Assembly (NCBI RefSeq): GCF_006345805.1
Contig: NC_043019.1
Span: forward strand, 31,619,360-31,683,359
DNA length: 64,000 nt
From: Octopus sinensis
Taxonomy: Eukaryota
Direction: 5' to 3'
This document shows, piece by piece, positions 1-14,360 of the stretch (its first letter is position 1; every line of letters begins with the position of its first letter). Below the pieces are notes generated by a model. The model ran no database searches. It was not told the origin of the DNA and was given only the letters and a program-made list of their open reading frames with translations. The position numbers and the translations under genes were made by a program.

Positions 1-687
1 TTATGAGTGAAACACCTAAGCTCCATGCACCTCCGGCTGAAGGTAATGGCAAACTTCTGCTGACTCTTTTGCCACAACTTTCTCTCACTCTTTCCTCCTG
101 CATCTAGTAGCTCACCTGTGATGGACTGGCAACCCGTCCGGGCGGGGAACCTATATGCTAATGAAACCAGGAAACCAGCCATTATGAGCCAGGCAAGAAG
201 GAACAAACAGTAACAAAATCAATGTGTCTGATGTGGCTGTGTGTCATGTTATCACAAGAGTTCATAAAGAGGTGAAAGAATAAATAAGAAATCTATACAT
301 TTACTATATAAAAATACATTTAATTCTTCTTTCGGTGATAATACATGGAATCAAATTGTAAAAACTAGTTGAACGAAGTAATCTTATGCAAAATAGGAAG
401 TGTAAATCAACAGCAAAGTGATGGCTCTCAATCATATTGGCTATGAAGCATAGACAAATGGGTGGATATAGCAATGACGTGAATGGCTCTAAGTCGAATC
501 GACTAAGAAGCGAAAAGCTGGGTTACCAAGCTGCTTTTATTTATGGAATGCTAAACGTTCTAGAAACTTCCAAAAGAAACACCAAGCTTCTTGAATTATT
601 AAAAATTCAGTTTCGTGATATCAACGTTTTGAGAAACTTAGGAAGGGAGGTTATTCTATGATCTTCCTTGCAAGAAAGATCATTCAA

Positions 688-780
688 CAGAAAAGTGGTA
701 TATTGTCTACTTCATCTCAATCTTACTCCATCTTCTTCACCCACACATTCTTGGGAGGGTCTTGGAGACAGAGTTATTAT
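688..780 (+). repeat. Dispersed ~93-bp repeat, second copy at 4783-4875
   Basis: cagaaaagtggtatattgtctacttcatctcaat...gggtcttggagacagagttattat; both copies are followed by (TA)n(TATG)n. Likely a retroposon 3' end. Confidence 0.7.
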
Positions 781-802
781 ATATATTATATATATATATA
801 TA

Positions 803-833
<31 letters not shown>

Positions 834-1192
834 TGTATGTATGTATGTATGTATGTATGCATGCATGCATGCATGCATGTATGTGTATATATATATATCT
901 ATACAGCTACAAGTTATCTACAGTTGTGACATCACTACCATTTTCCATCAGAGCATAATTTTGCAATAATTTTGCAATATTTCCCACATTTTGTTATCCC
1001 ATAGAGGGGCGAACCAGATGGCTGCACCAGGCTCCAATCTTGATCTGGCAGTGTTTCTACAGCTGGATGCTCTTCCTAACACCAACCACTCCGAGAGTGT
1101 AGTGGGTGCTTTTACGTGCCGCCGGCACGGGGTCCAGTCAGGCAGTACTGGCAACGACCTTGCTCGAATGTTTTATATATATATATATATAC

Positions 1193-1225
<33 letters not shown>

Positions 1226-1323
1226 ACGGGAAGCTTTATGAAAATAAACAAAAGACGAAGGCAGGTGGAATACAAACAAACAATTGTATTAGTATGGCGC
1301 TCAGGAATATAAATAAAACAAAT

Positions 1324-1357
<34 letters not shown>

Positions 1358-2793
1358 GTGTGTGTGTGTGTGTGTGTGAACTCCCTCATAAACACACACA
1401 TGTATATACAGTTGCACTCATACACACCATAGTCCATCTTTCAATCTGTGCAAACCTTCCAGATACAGACAAGATTACAATCAGCTGTCGGTCCTTATAT
1501 TTTTTTCCCCTTGTTCGAAAATATAAGAACACAAATCATGTCGTATAGCCAGCTGGAGACAATGTCTCCTGGGGCTAAATTACAGCAACATTAGTCCTAA
1601 ACCAGGACTGCAATGTTATGTTGGCAAACAATCTTTACTACAACATTAAAATGTTGTTCAAGGAAGTCTTCAGGTTTAGATAAAGAGGTTTTGTATAGCA
1701 TAGTTCTATCTCTTCCTAGCTGTAGCATTCTTCGACGCTTTCATTTGTTATATCTGAATGTGTTTCCTTGCTCTGAAGCCATAGTAAGCCTTGAATTGTG
1801 TGGTTAACTTCTTGGTTTTGAATCAAAATGCATTCAGTAGCTGCAGAACAAATGTCTTTTGGTTCTCCTTTCTCTGTAATCCAAATAAAACGATGTAAAA
1901 ATGTGGCAAGTTATAAATTTTAAATCATCAATTGCTGAGAAAATTGTCAAAAATCATATAATAGGCAAAATGTTCTTTTACAATTCACACTAGTTTTTCA
2001 ATTCAAATGTAAATTTAAACAAGAGATGAAATTAAGTTTTTTTCTCTTTTATTTCAGTTTTGAATTTATATAATTTATTTTTGAAAATATCAAAGGAAAA
2101 AAATTTGCTTCTTTATCTTTATATTTTTTTTTCTGAATTTTTATTGTTGTATAAATTGTCTATTTACTGTAAAAGTATCTGTCACAGTCTAAATATTATT
2201 AATTTGGTAGCTTAGGAAATAACACAATTGTTATACAATCTTTGTCTGCGTTATTAATAACTGTTATTTGCAAAAGTCTGAAATTATTTTTTTTTTCATT
2301 TTCTCTTTCAAATCACATTTCGACCAATCAACCAACGTTATTTCTTTCCAACAGATTCAAACTAAAACTCGTTATCATTATGAAAATGATATAAGAGCTT
2401 TAAATTCAATATTAAACAAATATTCTTCGGCAGGCATGGCTGTGCGGTTAAGAAGTTTGCTTCCTAACCATGTGGTCTTGGGTTCAGTTCACTCACACTG
2501 TATGGCACTTTCGGCCAACTGTCTTCTAATTTAGCCCTAGATCAATCAAAGACTTGTGAGTGGATTTGGCAGATGGAAACTGAAAGAAACCCACCAAGTG
2601 TATATATATATATATATATATATAAAATGAGATAGGGGTTGAAAATTCAACCCACCATGGGATAATATATATCCAATATACTGCTAGATAGGTACCCAAC
2701 AAAAATAATACATAGATGTTAAAAATTGTCAAACAATCAGTTCATCTATTGCATTATATGGTAAAGGTATAAAAATTACCGTAAATTAATACT

Positions 2794-3142
2794 ACAAAAA
2801 TTAGAGAATGGAGAAATATACTTAAATCAGTAAAACATCAACTATCCGATGATACTCAATCCATACTTTAATACACCATTACATATGAGTAAAGGCAATA
2901 CATAAAATGAAATGAGATATACAGTAATAGTAACAAGATAAAGAGATATAAGTAAAAAATTTTCAAATATTTGAAAATTTTTTACTTATATCTCTTTATC
3001 TTGTTACTATTACTGTATATCTCATTTCATTTTATGTATTGCCTTTACTCATATGTATGGTGTATTAAAGTATGGATTGAGTATCATCGGATAGTTGATG
3101 TTTTACTGATTTAAGTATATTTCTCCATTCTCTAATTTTTGT
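2794..3142. repeat. 349-bp near-perfect palindrome with no spacer (centre 2968/2969)
   Basis: Arms of 175 and 174 bp are exact reverse complements except one T indel; followed by a long (TA)n tract. Confidence 0.97.
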
Positions 3143-3241
3143 TATATATATATAATATATATATATATATATAATATATATATATATAAATATATATAAG
3201 TATATATATAAATATATATATGTATATATGTATATATATAT

Positions 3242-3275
<34 letters not shown>

Positions 3276-3960
3276 CTCATCATCACCATTATCACTCATC
3301 ATTGTTTAATGTGCTGGCATGGGTTGGACGGTTTAACAGGGGCTGGCTTGGCAGAAGACTGCACCAGTCTTCACTATCTATTTTGGCAGGGTTTTTACAG
3401 CTGGATGGCCTGGCCTTGTTGTTGGGGTGTTGCACTCATGATTGCTGGATTGTGGGTTCAAATCCCAGATGAATCAGCACATCGCATTCTTGAGCAAAAC
3501 ACTTCATCTCATATTGTCCTGCAGTCATTTCACTCCTGACATGGGGCACAATTAATGTCAGTTTGATGGTGGGAATGAGCTTGTGTAAACACAAACATTT
3601 GATTACTATAAACAAATCACCTATGTGGTTGTTCCACAAGAAATTCTAAAAGCCTCCTCTATTGATAGGAGAGAGAGAGAGTCCACTATGTACATCTGTG
3701 TGTGTATGTCTTTGTATTAATATGTGTGTTTGCACATACACACACACACACACATACGCACACATTACACTCTTGGAGTGCTTGGCATTAGGAAGGGCAT
3801 CTAGCCGTGGAAACCATGCCAAAACAGACTCGAGAACCCAGTCATGGCTGTCAAACAATTTCTGTGACCACATCTGTTGCAGCCTTCCAGCTTGCTAGCC
3901 CTAATCAAACCGTCCAACTTATGCCAGCATGGACAATGGACATTAAACAATGATGATGAC

Positions 3961-3998
<38 letters not shown>

Positions 3999-4075
3999 TA
4001 CATATATATATATATAGAGAGAGAGATAGATAGATAGATAGATAGATATATGCATACATATATAAATATATATTC

Positions 4076-4122
<47 letters not shown>

Positions 4123-4696
4123 TATAATGAATATAGGTATAAGATATGTATTTGTGTGTCTGTGTGTGTGCATATATGTGTGTGTATTATGGGCTTCTTT
4201 CAGTTTCCGCTCCTGGGGCTTTACAAGGTTTTTGGGTTGTTCCTAGGGCTAGAGAAGAAGACATTGGCCCAAGGCACTGTGAGGTGGGACTGAATCTAAA
4301 ACCACATGGTTCGGAAACAAACTGCTTAGCCACACAGCCATGCCAACACCTAGTGTAGTTGATATATGTTATCGGAACTGAGAGCTAGAAATATGCTGTA
4401 TGATTTTATTGTATATACAAAGAATTTATTTGTAATAAAGAAATATATGGATAACATTCAAAATAAATAGTTTAGAAAACTTGTGTCTCCATGATTATTT
4501 AATAAAAGAGATAGTATTGCCTGGTTGCACTGTGTTGAGAGGAATGATCTGATAGGTGGGTTACATTAATATTGTATGAAAGGCAATGCACAAGTGTGTA
4601 TATGACAGCTGGGAATAAAAAGGACTTGCTGATGTGTGTAACAGAAACCAACAGTGCTGATGAAGGTCAGTGATGTGAATGGAGAGTACATGAATT

Positions 4697-4735
<39 letters not shown>

Positions 4736-4874
4736 CTCTTCTTCTCTGTCTCTCACTCTGTCTCTTTTTCTCTATCAATCTACAGAAAAGTGGTATATTG
4801 TCTACTTCATCTCAATTTCACTCCATCTTCTTCATCCACTCATTCTTGGGAGGGTCTTGGAGACAGAGTTATTA

Positions 4875-4938
<64 letters not shown>

Positions 4939-6010
4939 GCATGTATGTATATATATATATATATATACAAATAAACAGAAAATGGAGAAAAAAAAAGATT
5001 AACAGACACATTGACTGGACCACAATTATAGCTTATTTTTTTAATACAAAGCATGACATAACAAATAGGTGATGTAACAAATCTTACAGCCATTTCCGCA
5101 TCCGTTGCCAAACACTATAAATAATTGCGAAAATAAAATTCTTCATCTTCATAGGTCATATATAGCCCGTCGTATATATGTATATGTGTGTGTGTTTGTG
5201 TGTGTGTGTGTGTTTGTGTGTCTGTGTTTGTCCCCCCAACATTGCTTGACAACCGATGTTGGCATGTCTACGTCCCTGTAACTTAGCAGTTTGGCAAAAG
5301 AGACCAATAGAATAAATACTAGGCTTCCAAAGAATAAGTCCTGGGATCGATTTGTTCGACTAAAGACTGTGCTCCAGCATGGCCACAGTCAAATGACTGA
5401 AGCAAATAAAAGAATAAAAGATTAAAAAAGCTATATACACACATACAGAGACACATACAAGGATACACAAACATACATACAAATGAGTTTGTGTGTGCAT
5501 ATATATGTATGTATACACACAAATATACATATACATGCACACACACACACACTGACATACACATAAACTTAAACACCCACATATGCCAGCCACAAATGCT
5601 CCATACCATTGTTAACACGAGCAAGGAATTATCTTTGTTTCTAACCTTTTCATAAAATAAAATGAAGTTTGTTCTGGTTGAATAATTTTGCTTCAAGTTA
5701 TTTTAAAATTTATAATGTCTTTCTAACAATATTGTCTTCATTAATATGGAACTGTTCTAAGTGTCTCCAAAATTTCCAATAATCTCATTAGCCTTCTTTT
5801 GAAAGCTACTCATAGGTTAATAACTTAATTGTTATTTAATTATAAATGTTGTAACGAAATTATAAGTACAATGTCACAGTGTCACTTTGAAAATAGACAG
5901 AGACGTGATTAGTAACATTTAGGAGCAGATGTAGCTGTGTGGTAAGAAGCTTGATTTTCAAACGCATGGTTTCAATGTTCAGTTCCACTGTGTGGTACTT
6001 TGAACAAGTA

Positions 6011-6201
6011 CGTAGCCGTATTTAGTCTGCCGTTACGTTCTGAGTTCAAATTCCGCCAAGGTTGACTTTGCCTTTCATCCTTTCGGGGTCGATTAAATAA
6101 GAACCAATTACGCACTGAGGTCGATATAATCGACTTAATCCGTGTGTCTGTCCTTGTTTGTCCTCTCTGTGTTTAGCCCCTTGTGGGTAGTAAAAAATTA
6201 G
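6011..6201 (+). mobile_element. SINE family B (5'-truncated) nested in a family A copy
   Basis: 16-bp TSD GTAC(T/C)TTGAACAAGTA at 5995-6010 and 6202-6217; body gttcaaattccgcc..ctttcatcctttcggggtcga. Confidence 0.85.
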
Positions 6202-6740
6202 GTACCTTGAACAAGTATCTTCGACTGTAGCTCCAGGTTGACCAAAGCTTTGTGTATGGATTTGGTAGATAGAAACTGAAAGAAGTCCATCATATATGTG
6301 AGTTTGTGCATTTGTCTGTGTGTGTGTGTTTGTCCCTCACTCACAAGGCTTTGGCCAGTCCAACATTATAGTTGAAAACACCAGTCCAAGGTGCTGTGCA
6401 GTGGGACTGAACATAAGACTACATGGTTAGGAAGCAAGCCATGCATGCTCCTGTCATTAGCATTGTACTGTGTCCATGACCACGACAGACACTCGATCCT
6501 TCAACATTCAGATTACTCTGTCAAATATAATCCTTATTTATCCACATTGTTTTGAATTAATCATTGCTTTATCTCATAGATTTGAGATTTCAGAGGTGGT
6601 GTATGGTAGTTGTTGTCCTGGGTGTGCGGCCACACCCAGTGCCACCAAATTTCAAGCAAGGGTATAACAAAAGTTTTCCATTAAGATTTGTAATTAAATT
6701 AATGAATAAGGTTAATATTTATAATGTATTTGCCATTTTG

Positions 6741-7073
6741 TGAAGGCCCATGGCTCAGTGGTTAGGGTGTCGAGCTTACGATCGCAGGGTTGTGAGTTTG
6801 AATCCCGGACCGGGCTGCGTGTTGTGCTCTTGAGCAAGACACTTTATTTCACGTTACTCCAGTTCACTCAGCTGTAGAAATGAATTGCGACATCACAGGT
6901 ACAAAGCTGTATCAGCCTTTGCCTTTCCCTTGGATAACATCGGTGGCATGGAGAGGAGAGACCGGTGTGCATGGATGACTGCTGGTCTTCCATAAACAAC
7001 CTTGCCTGGACTTGTGCCTGGGAGGGTAACTTTCTAGGTGCAATCCCATGGTCATTCATGACCGAGGGGGGGG
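6741..7073 (+). mobile_element. SINE family C (tRNA head, Meta-domain-like core)
   Basis: A box TGGCTCAGTGG, B-box-like GTTTGAATCC, core cttgagcaagacactttatttcacgttactccagttcactcagctgtagaaatg. Other copies at ~37684-38002, 45552-46052 (duplicated head) and 60985-61290. The superfamily assignment is from memory. Confidence 0.75.
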
Positions 7074-7967
7074 AGCAGCAGCAGCTCAGCATTTGCCATT
7101 TTTAGGATGGGTGTGCAGCACACACCTAGCACACACAGAATTATGCGCACCTGGATTTCAGTGATTGCTTATTTTTAGAATGACATTATGGGGTAGGTGT
7201 AAGAGGCTGAATCTGGCCAGTTTAAAGGTCAAACACATCAGATATTTTGTCCAGATGTAGCTGGTTTAAATGCTAAAGGATTGACTTCCTAATTGCTCAA
7301 AATAATTAGCTGTAGTTACATCCTTCAGGATAGGAAGAACCCTTTGAGCAATGGACAAAATACCTTGTAGTGTTCATTCTGGTTCTCTGCTCTCTGAGGT
7401 TCAAATACTACCAATGTCAACTTTGTCTTTCATTCCTTTCAGGTTCAAAACTGAACCCAGTCTGGTGAATCGGTGGATTTATTGTCCAACCCATGCCAGC
7501 ATGGAAAATGGACATTAACTGATGATGATGATGATGATGATGATGGTTTTCGATGAGAGACCTAGCAGTAAAGGATCTTAGCCACAGATTCACCACCACT
7601 CCCTCCATCAAATCGACATTACCTGTACAGGTACATGGTGTGCCACACATCAGGTGTCAAAGTGATTGCAGAGCAATATGCGATGAAGTGTTTTGCTCAA
7701 GAACACAATGCACCACCCAGTCCTGGAATTGAACCCACAATCTCACACCCTAAGCACTTGGTCATGCACCCTCACATATTTTATTTGTTTTGCTCATTAG
7801 ACTGTAGCCATGCTGGGGCAATGTCTTGAAGAATTTTTAGCTAGTTCTTATTTTTTCTTTTAACCCTGGTGCTTATTCTATCAGTCTCTTTTGCAGAATT
7901 GCTAAGTTTTGGGGATGTAAATACACCAACACCGGTTGTCAAGCAATGGTGGAGGACAAACAGACAC

Positions 7968-8004
<37 letters not shown>

Positions 8005-8574
8005 CAAATATACAATGGACTTCTTTCAGTTTCCATTTATCAAATCCACTAACAAGGCTTTGGTCAGCACAAGGCTATAATAGAAGACACTTGCCCAATG
8101 TGCCACACAGTAGTACTGAACCCAGAAACATGTGGTCTGGAAGCAAGCATTTTACCACACAGCCATCCATAAATATTACATCTGATGGTGATTATTGCTC
8201 AGACCAAATTGTATTCACAGTAACTTGTTTAACTTTCACACTATGGAAAATTTTGAGAAATTAAAATAGATTTTATAGTCAGAGCAATTACTTGTCTAAA
8301 TTTCTATAATGATATCCAACAATAATTTAAATTTCCAAATTGCATCTTTTGTGTGTTAATGTCTTGCACAGTTTAGGTGCTAAGTGTCTCCAAACTTTTC
8401 TTAGGATTTCATTGAAAATGGTTTATAATATAGGACAGAGTGTCTGTAGTTAAATGCTGTTTATAGGAGAGGTTGTGAAAGACAATGAAAGACTGTGCAA
8501 TGAAGTATAAGGATGTTTAATTTGTTGTAATAGGTTTTTCTGTCATAATGATATAATGTGCGAGTTATAACTAG

Positions 8575-8584
8575 AAAGATAGAT

Positions 8585-8639
<55 letters not shown>

Positions 8640-8731
8640 GTAGGTAGGTAGGTAGGTAGGTATGTAGGTAGGTAGGTAGGCAGGCAGGAAGGAAGGAAGG
8701 CAGGCAGGTAGGTAGGTAGGTAGAAATAAAC

Positions 8732-8790
<59 letters not shown>

Positions 8791-8808
8791 CAGATAGATA
8801 AGATAGAC

Positions 8809-8854
<46 letters not shown>

Positions 8855-9063
8855 GTAGGTAGGTAGGTAGGTAGGTAGGTATGCAGGCAGGCAGGCAGGC
8901 AGGCAGGTAGGTAGAAATAAACAGATAGATAGATAGATAAATAAATAGATAGATAGATAAATAGATAGACATATAGAAAAATAGATAGATATATAGATAA
9001 ATATATAGATAGATAGATAGAGAAAGACAGATAGATAGACAGACGGACAGATAGGTAGGTAGG

Positions 9064-9119
<56 letters not shown>

Positions 9120-9155
9120 CTGACAGACAAATGGATAGATAGATAAATAGATACA

Positions 9156-9189
<34 letters not shown>

Positions 9190-9234
9190 CATACATACAT
9201 ACATAGACAGACAGTCAGATAGATAGATAGATAA

Positions 9235-9267
<33 letters not shown>

Positions 9268-9372
9268 TAAATAGATACATACATACATACATACATACAT
9301 ACATACATACATACATACATACATACATACATAGACAGTCATACATACATAGAGTTAGATAGATAGATAGAT
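8575..9372. repeat. Compound tetranucleotide array (GATA/GGTA/GGCA/GACA/CATA) with internal block duplication
   Basis: The block ggtaggtagaaataaacagatag occurs twice (~8715, ~8910). Confidence 0.95.
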
Positions 9373-10064
9373 TATGAAAATAGTTTGTACATCCTTAATA
9401 TTGACTAGTGTCTGTTCCACAAGGTGGTGTTATTGATTTAGCATTCTAACTTCAGCAAATCACTTTGCATTAAACATAAAGAACACAACACATGCAGACA
9501 GTCAGAAATTGCATCAATTGAAATAGAGTTTGGAACATAACAGGAATAAAAAAATTAATTAAGATCAAACATTTGAATTATGGTTAAAGTGATTTGCATT
9601 TTCCAAACTATTTATACTCCTCGTTTGGTTTCACAAACACAAAATGAAGAAAACGAAAAACATCGTTATTCATATGTTTGAATGTTACTGTGAAAAACAT
9701 GTTGGAAGATTAATGTGTGGAATACTAAATGTTTTTTTTTTGTTTTATTTGTTTCATTACATTCTTTTGCTTGTTTCAGTCATTAGACTGTGGCCATGTG
9801 TGGGGTACTGCCTTGAAGAATTTTTAATCGAATGAATCAGCCCCGGTCCCTTTTTAGAGATTTTAATGTGGTTTTAGTGCCATATGGAATCTATTTTCAG
9901 CATGTAGAGGGGCGGGCACATTGCCAATCCCTTGATATAATTATGTATATAATTATTAATATAATATTTGGAAAATTTATCTATAAGGTTTTTATTTTCA
10001 TGCTGACCTGATAAAATCATGAATAATTTTATCCTTTATTGTAAAATATGTACATGTGTGTATA

Positions 10065-10126
<62 letters not shown>

Positions 10127-10229
10127 CACACATAATGGGCTTCTTTCAATTTCCATCTACCAAATCCACTCAAGGCTTTGGTCAGCCAGAAGCTATTGTA
10201 GAAGACACTTGCCCAAGGATTGTACTTTC

Positions 10230-10265
<36 letters not shown>

Positions 10266-10586
10266 CATTATTATTATTATTTTACTTCTGAGATCTCCCA
10301 GTCTTTACTTACTCCAGTTGATTCCGTGAGAGTGGACAGCAACATATTGTGAGAGGTCTCATGGAGTCTCTTTCTGTAAACTATTAAGCTTTGGTACTTG
10401 GATGTCAACTTATGGAAGACACTCAAAATCATTATCATTATTATTATTACTATTATTATTATTATTATTATTATTGCCTCTATTCTCTTTCAGTTGCATG
10501 TAAAATAACATTGGTTTCAGTTACCATTTTCTTCTTGTTCTCTGCATGTTTGCTTTTCATTTTCTTTCTTTTTTTCTCTCTCTCAG

Positions 10587-10671
10587 GTATGTCAAGCCGG
10601 CAGACTTCTCAGGTCCAACAAGCCTTTGGGGAGTTTCAAACTTGATGTTGCCACTGTCTTTGCTAATACAG
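10587..10671 (+). CDS. OTOF: Otoferlin-like ferlin internal exon (85 bp, phase 0 to 1), C2B domain: VCQAGRLLRSNKPLGSFKLDVATVFANT(D)
   Basis: Long pyrimidine tract + CAG acceptor and GT donor at 10672. Translation resembles recalled human OTOF [29 protein letters not shown]. The terminal G joins AT of the next exon to give GAT (Asp). Confidence 0.9.
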
Positions 10672-11179
10672 GTATTTGAAGTGAATATTTACAATTGTTG
10701 TTCATATGCACAAAAAAAACACTAACACATCTTGTTTCTATCGTTTTTGTTTTGTAATTGCACACCTGTATAATTCCCACATTTGTTAAGATGTCAAGGA
10801 ATCTGCTGAAGTCAAGTTCGAAGCAATAAAAACATAAGATGAAAAGCAGCACATAAGAATTGATAAATACAGGAATAATGTGAAAAAGTAGTTTATTTGT
10901 GACCCACTAAGAACTGCCATTCTTATATGTAAACAGCAAATAACAAAAATTGCTGGTGTGTACAAAGCTTTGTCAACCTGAAAATAATTAACTGAAGGCA
11001 CACTAAGCAATGATGATTAAAATAATGATGTGTAGATTTGTATCTAATATGTTTATATATTCACACAGATGTACATGTGTATTTGTGTTTTTATCCATAT
11101 ATAGATATACACACATATATGCATATTATAATTTATACATATATGTGCTAGAGGCATGTGAAAAACAACATTTCAGCAT

Positions 11180-11500
11180 GGTTGTTGCTTGTGCCGCTGG
11201 ACTGGCTCCTGTGCAGGTAGTACGTAAAAACACCTTTTGAACATGGTCGTCGCCAGAACTGCCTGACTGGCCCTCATGCCGGTGGCACGTAAAAAGCACC
11301 CACTACAATCTCAGAATGGGTGGTGTTAGGAAGGGCATTCACCTATAGAAACTTTGCCAGATCAGATTGAGCCTGGTGCAGCCTCAGTCAAACCGTCCAA
11401 CCCATGCCAGCATGGAAAGTGGACGTTAAACAATGATGAACCGTCCAACCCATGCTAGCATGGGAAACGGACGTTAAACAATGATGATGATGATGATGTG
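11180..11500 (+). mobile_element. Retroposon family D (RTE-like 3' tail ending in (GAT)n)
   Basis: gttaggaagggcatccagctgtagaaac...aaccgtccaacccatgc...ggacgttaaacaatgatgatg. Many copies, e.g. ~3780-3960, 26365-26520, 32620-32820, 55280-55530 (+) and 985-1170, 19630-19910, 58825-59120 (-). Confidence 0.75.
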
Positions 11501-11514
11501 TATGTATGTATGTA

Positions 11515-11578
<64 letters not shown>

Positions 11579-11647
11579 TATATGGGAAGCAAGCTTCCTA
11601 ACCACACACCCTTGCTTGTGTCTATGTATATATACAAACATACATAC

Positions 11648-11709
<62 letters not shown>

Positions 11710-11914
11710 TCGTCATCAGCATTTAACGTTAACTTTCCATGATGGCATGAGTTGGACAGTTTGACTGCGGGCTGATGACCAGAAGGCTGCACCAGGATCC
11801 AATCTGATCTGGCAAAGTTTCTACAGCTGGATGCACTTCCTAACACCATATATATATATATATATATATGTACACACAAACACTCATATATATATACATA
11901 CACACACACAAACA

Positions 11915-11950
<36 letters not shown>

Positions 11951-12684
11951 CACACACACACACACATATATACATATATACACACACACACGCACGCAAA
12001 CATTTAACATGCACACATACACACAGACACATGTAGATGCAATATGTATGTGTATGTATGCATTTATGTATGTACAAGCGTGTGCGCATATGGGTACCAG
12101 TATTTGATAACACACACAAAAGAAAAAGAAACAACATTGCATTGAATGTTAATATCCTTATGTCTGTTAAAACCCCTTCAGTTACTTTCATGATAATTTT
12201 TTATCACTTACATGAAATGTCATTATTTTGTCTGACGATCACACCTGAAAATGTCGTTTTCTGCCGATAACAGTTTGACATTTTTTAAAAATCACCTTCG
12301 AAATTGTTGATATTAGAGAAATGTAATTCATCAGATGTACTTTAAAGAAATATTTCTTATGTTAATATTTCACTCTTCACAATTCATTTTCTCTGTTTTA
12401 TTATTAGATTTGTATCAAACATCAAATTCAATTACTCACCTGTAAAGCAGCCATCACAATTTATTAAAATTATTTATTAATTTCTCTACTCAGGCGACAA
12501 AGAAACAGAATTGTTAGCACACCACACAGAATACTTTGTCTTGTTTACTGCTGAGGTTGACTTTATCTTTCATCCATTCAGGGTCGATAAAATAAGTACC
12601 AGTTGATTACTGTGGTTCATGTAATCAACTTGTCCACTGCCTTGAAATTGCCGGCATTGTGTCAAAATTTGAAACCATTATTAT

Positions 12685-13185
12685 TGTTGTTGTTGAGTGA
12701 GAGAGCAATGCATGTCATCAAAGTGACACTGGGGTACAATTATTCAAAGCCCAATATACACATCACGACTACCCGTCAGATAAGGGTATACTATGTACAT
12801 GCATCACAACCATATGTGCATGACATGGTGATCTCATATCAAGATAAACAGTGCATGACTTTGCAGGTGGGGCCCAGTTAGAATTTTCTTAGGTCAAGAA
12901 GCCCATCCTGCTCAAAAGGTCCCTGATTAAGGTTTGTTTAAGGATGACGAACAAAACACCCATGTTTCCAGAGGTGAATTATTGAAACTCCAAAGAATTC
13001 TTCTCAACACTTCTCAATTACTTCTGCTCATGATCAGATATACACATATCGTCAGCCACTAAGAGATATGCTCAACTGGTTAAGGCCAAACAACTGAAAA
13101 GCAAATCTGTGGTATTGGGCAGAATATTTGCTATAGCTCATCTTTTATACCAAGAGAAAATGTGTACATGATGATGCTTTCAAGC
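12685..13185 (-). mobile_element. Retroposon family F (~500 bp, (AAT)n tail on minus strand)
   Basis: Copies at ~43350-43700, 53468-53910 and an opposite-orientation tail at 60720-60815 share gagtgagagagcagtgcatgccatcaaagtgacactgggg... Confidence 0.7.
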
Positions 13186-13289
13186 AGTTAAAATCAAAAG
13201 CCATGAGAGCCTCTGCCTGCTACTGCATCCAGGCGTTGCCACTGCCTGTTACTTTATCAGGCCATAGCCGCTACCTGGTACTGCATATT

Positions 13290-13545
13290 ATTATTTTTAT
13301 TGCTATTATTATTATTATTATTCAGTAGTTTTATTTTTATAATGTGCTTTCACTTCACTATCAAGCGCAGCTCTGTGTACCTTGGGTATGTGCCGTGGTT
13401 TGGTTTGATGCTCTTATGGTTACTGTAATGAAAGTGTTTTGCGTTGAATGTGTGCAGTGCCAAGTAGTACGATTTTCTGTATGTTGGATATATTTGTAAG
13501 TCCGGGTATTTTTGTTATGTATTTGTTCAGGTACCAGCTAGTTTT
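13290..13545 (-). mobile_element. R4/Dong-clade LINE 3' end with (TAA)n tail
   Basis: YITKIPGLTNISNIQKIVLLGTAHIQRKTLSLQ*. Confidence 0.75.
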
Positions 13546-13810
13546 CATCAGTCCTAACCAAAATTTTGTAACATTCTTAAAAAATTCATTTTATAATCTA
13601 TATAATTCTGCTATGATCTGTACATGTAGTGCTTTGACAGCCTTGAAGACAATCTATTATGCACATAACATATTATTCATAAGCAATAGCTATGTCAGCA
13701 TGAAAAAGCAGACATAAAATGAAAATGATATGGAACAAAATCAAAGACAGAATCTATTACAGATAGAATATTTATGAGACAATCAACTGATAAATACATA
13801 TTCTAAATTA

Positions 13811-13851
<41 letters not shown>

Positions 13852-13879
13852 GGTACAGGCATGGCTATGTGGTAAGAAG

Positions 13880-14108
13880 TGGTGAGTTGACAGAATCGTT
13901 AGCATGCTGGGCGAAATGCTTAGCGGTATTTCGTCTGCCGTTATGTTCTGAGTTCAAATTCTGCCGAGGTCGACCTTGCCTTTCATCCTTTCGGGGTCGA
14001 TAAATTAAGTACCAGTTATGCACTGGGATCGATGTAATCGACTTAATCCCTTTGTGTGACCTTGTTTGTCCCCTCTATGTTTAGCTCCTTGTGGGCAATT
14101 AAGAAATA
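13880..14108 (+). mobile_element. SINE family B, full length, nested in the head of a family A copy (13855-14565)
   Basis: The family A head is split at gtaagaag|cttgctt. Other B copies at ~23862-24100 (-), 53230-53410 and 53955-54170. Confidence 0.8.
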
Positions 14109-14285
14109 AGTAGCTTGCTTCGCTTCTCAACGACATGGTTTTAGGTTCCGGTTCCACTGCATGGCACCTTTGGCAAGTGACTTCTACTATAGACTCAGGC
14201 TGACCAAAGCCTTGAGAGTGGATTTAGTAGACGGAAAACTGAAAGAAGCCCGTCATGTATATATGTATATGTGTGTGTATGTATG

Positions 14286-14360
<75 letters not shown>

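Noticed and set aside
6741-6815. tRNA gene (also other SINE heads)
   Set aside because: A/B boxes are present but there is no full cloverleaf, and the sequence continues into a dispersed SINE body.
8461-9342. Long ORFs of 217-293 aa (also 35666-36493, 36678-37289, 40211-40562 and many YIYI/VCVC ORFs)
   Set aside because: Translations of tetranucleotide and dinucleotide microsatellites; no splice context or domain.
1-10586. Preceding ~63-bp otoferlin exon (YFVFDF...DKII type)
   Set aside because: Not found by eye; it probably lies upstream of the window.
12228-12260. CTGACGA...GAAA and similar hits (23558, 46718) as hammerheads
   Set aside because: Stem II and/or the GAAA-NUH arrangement cannot form.
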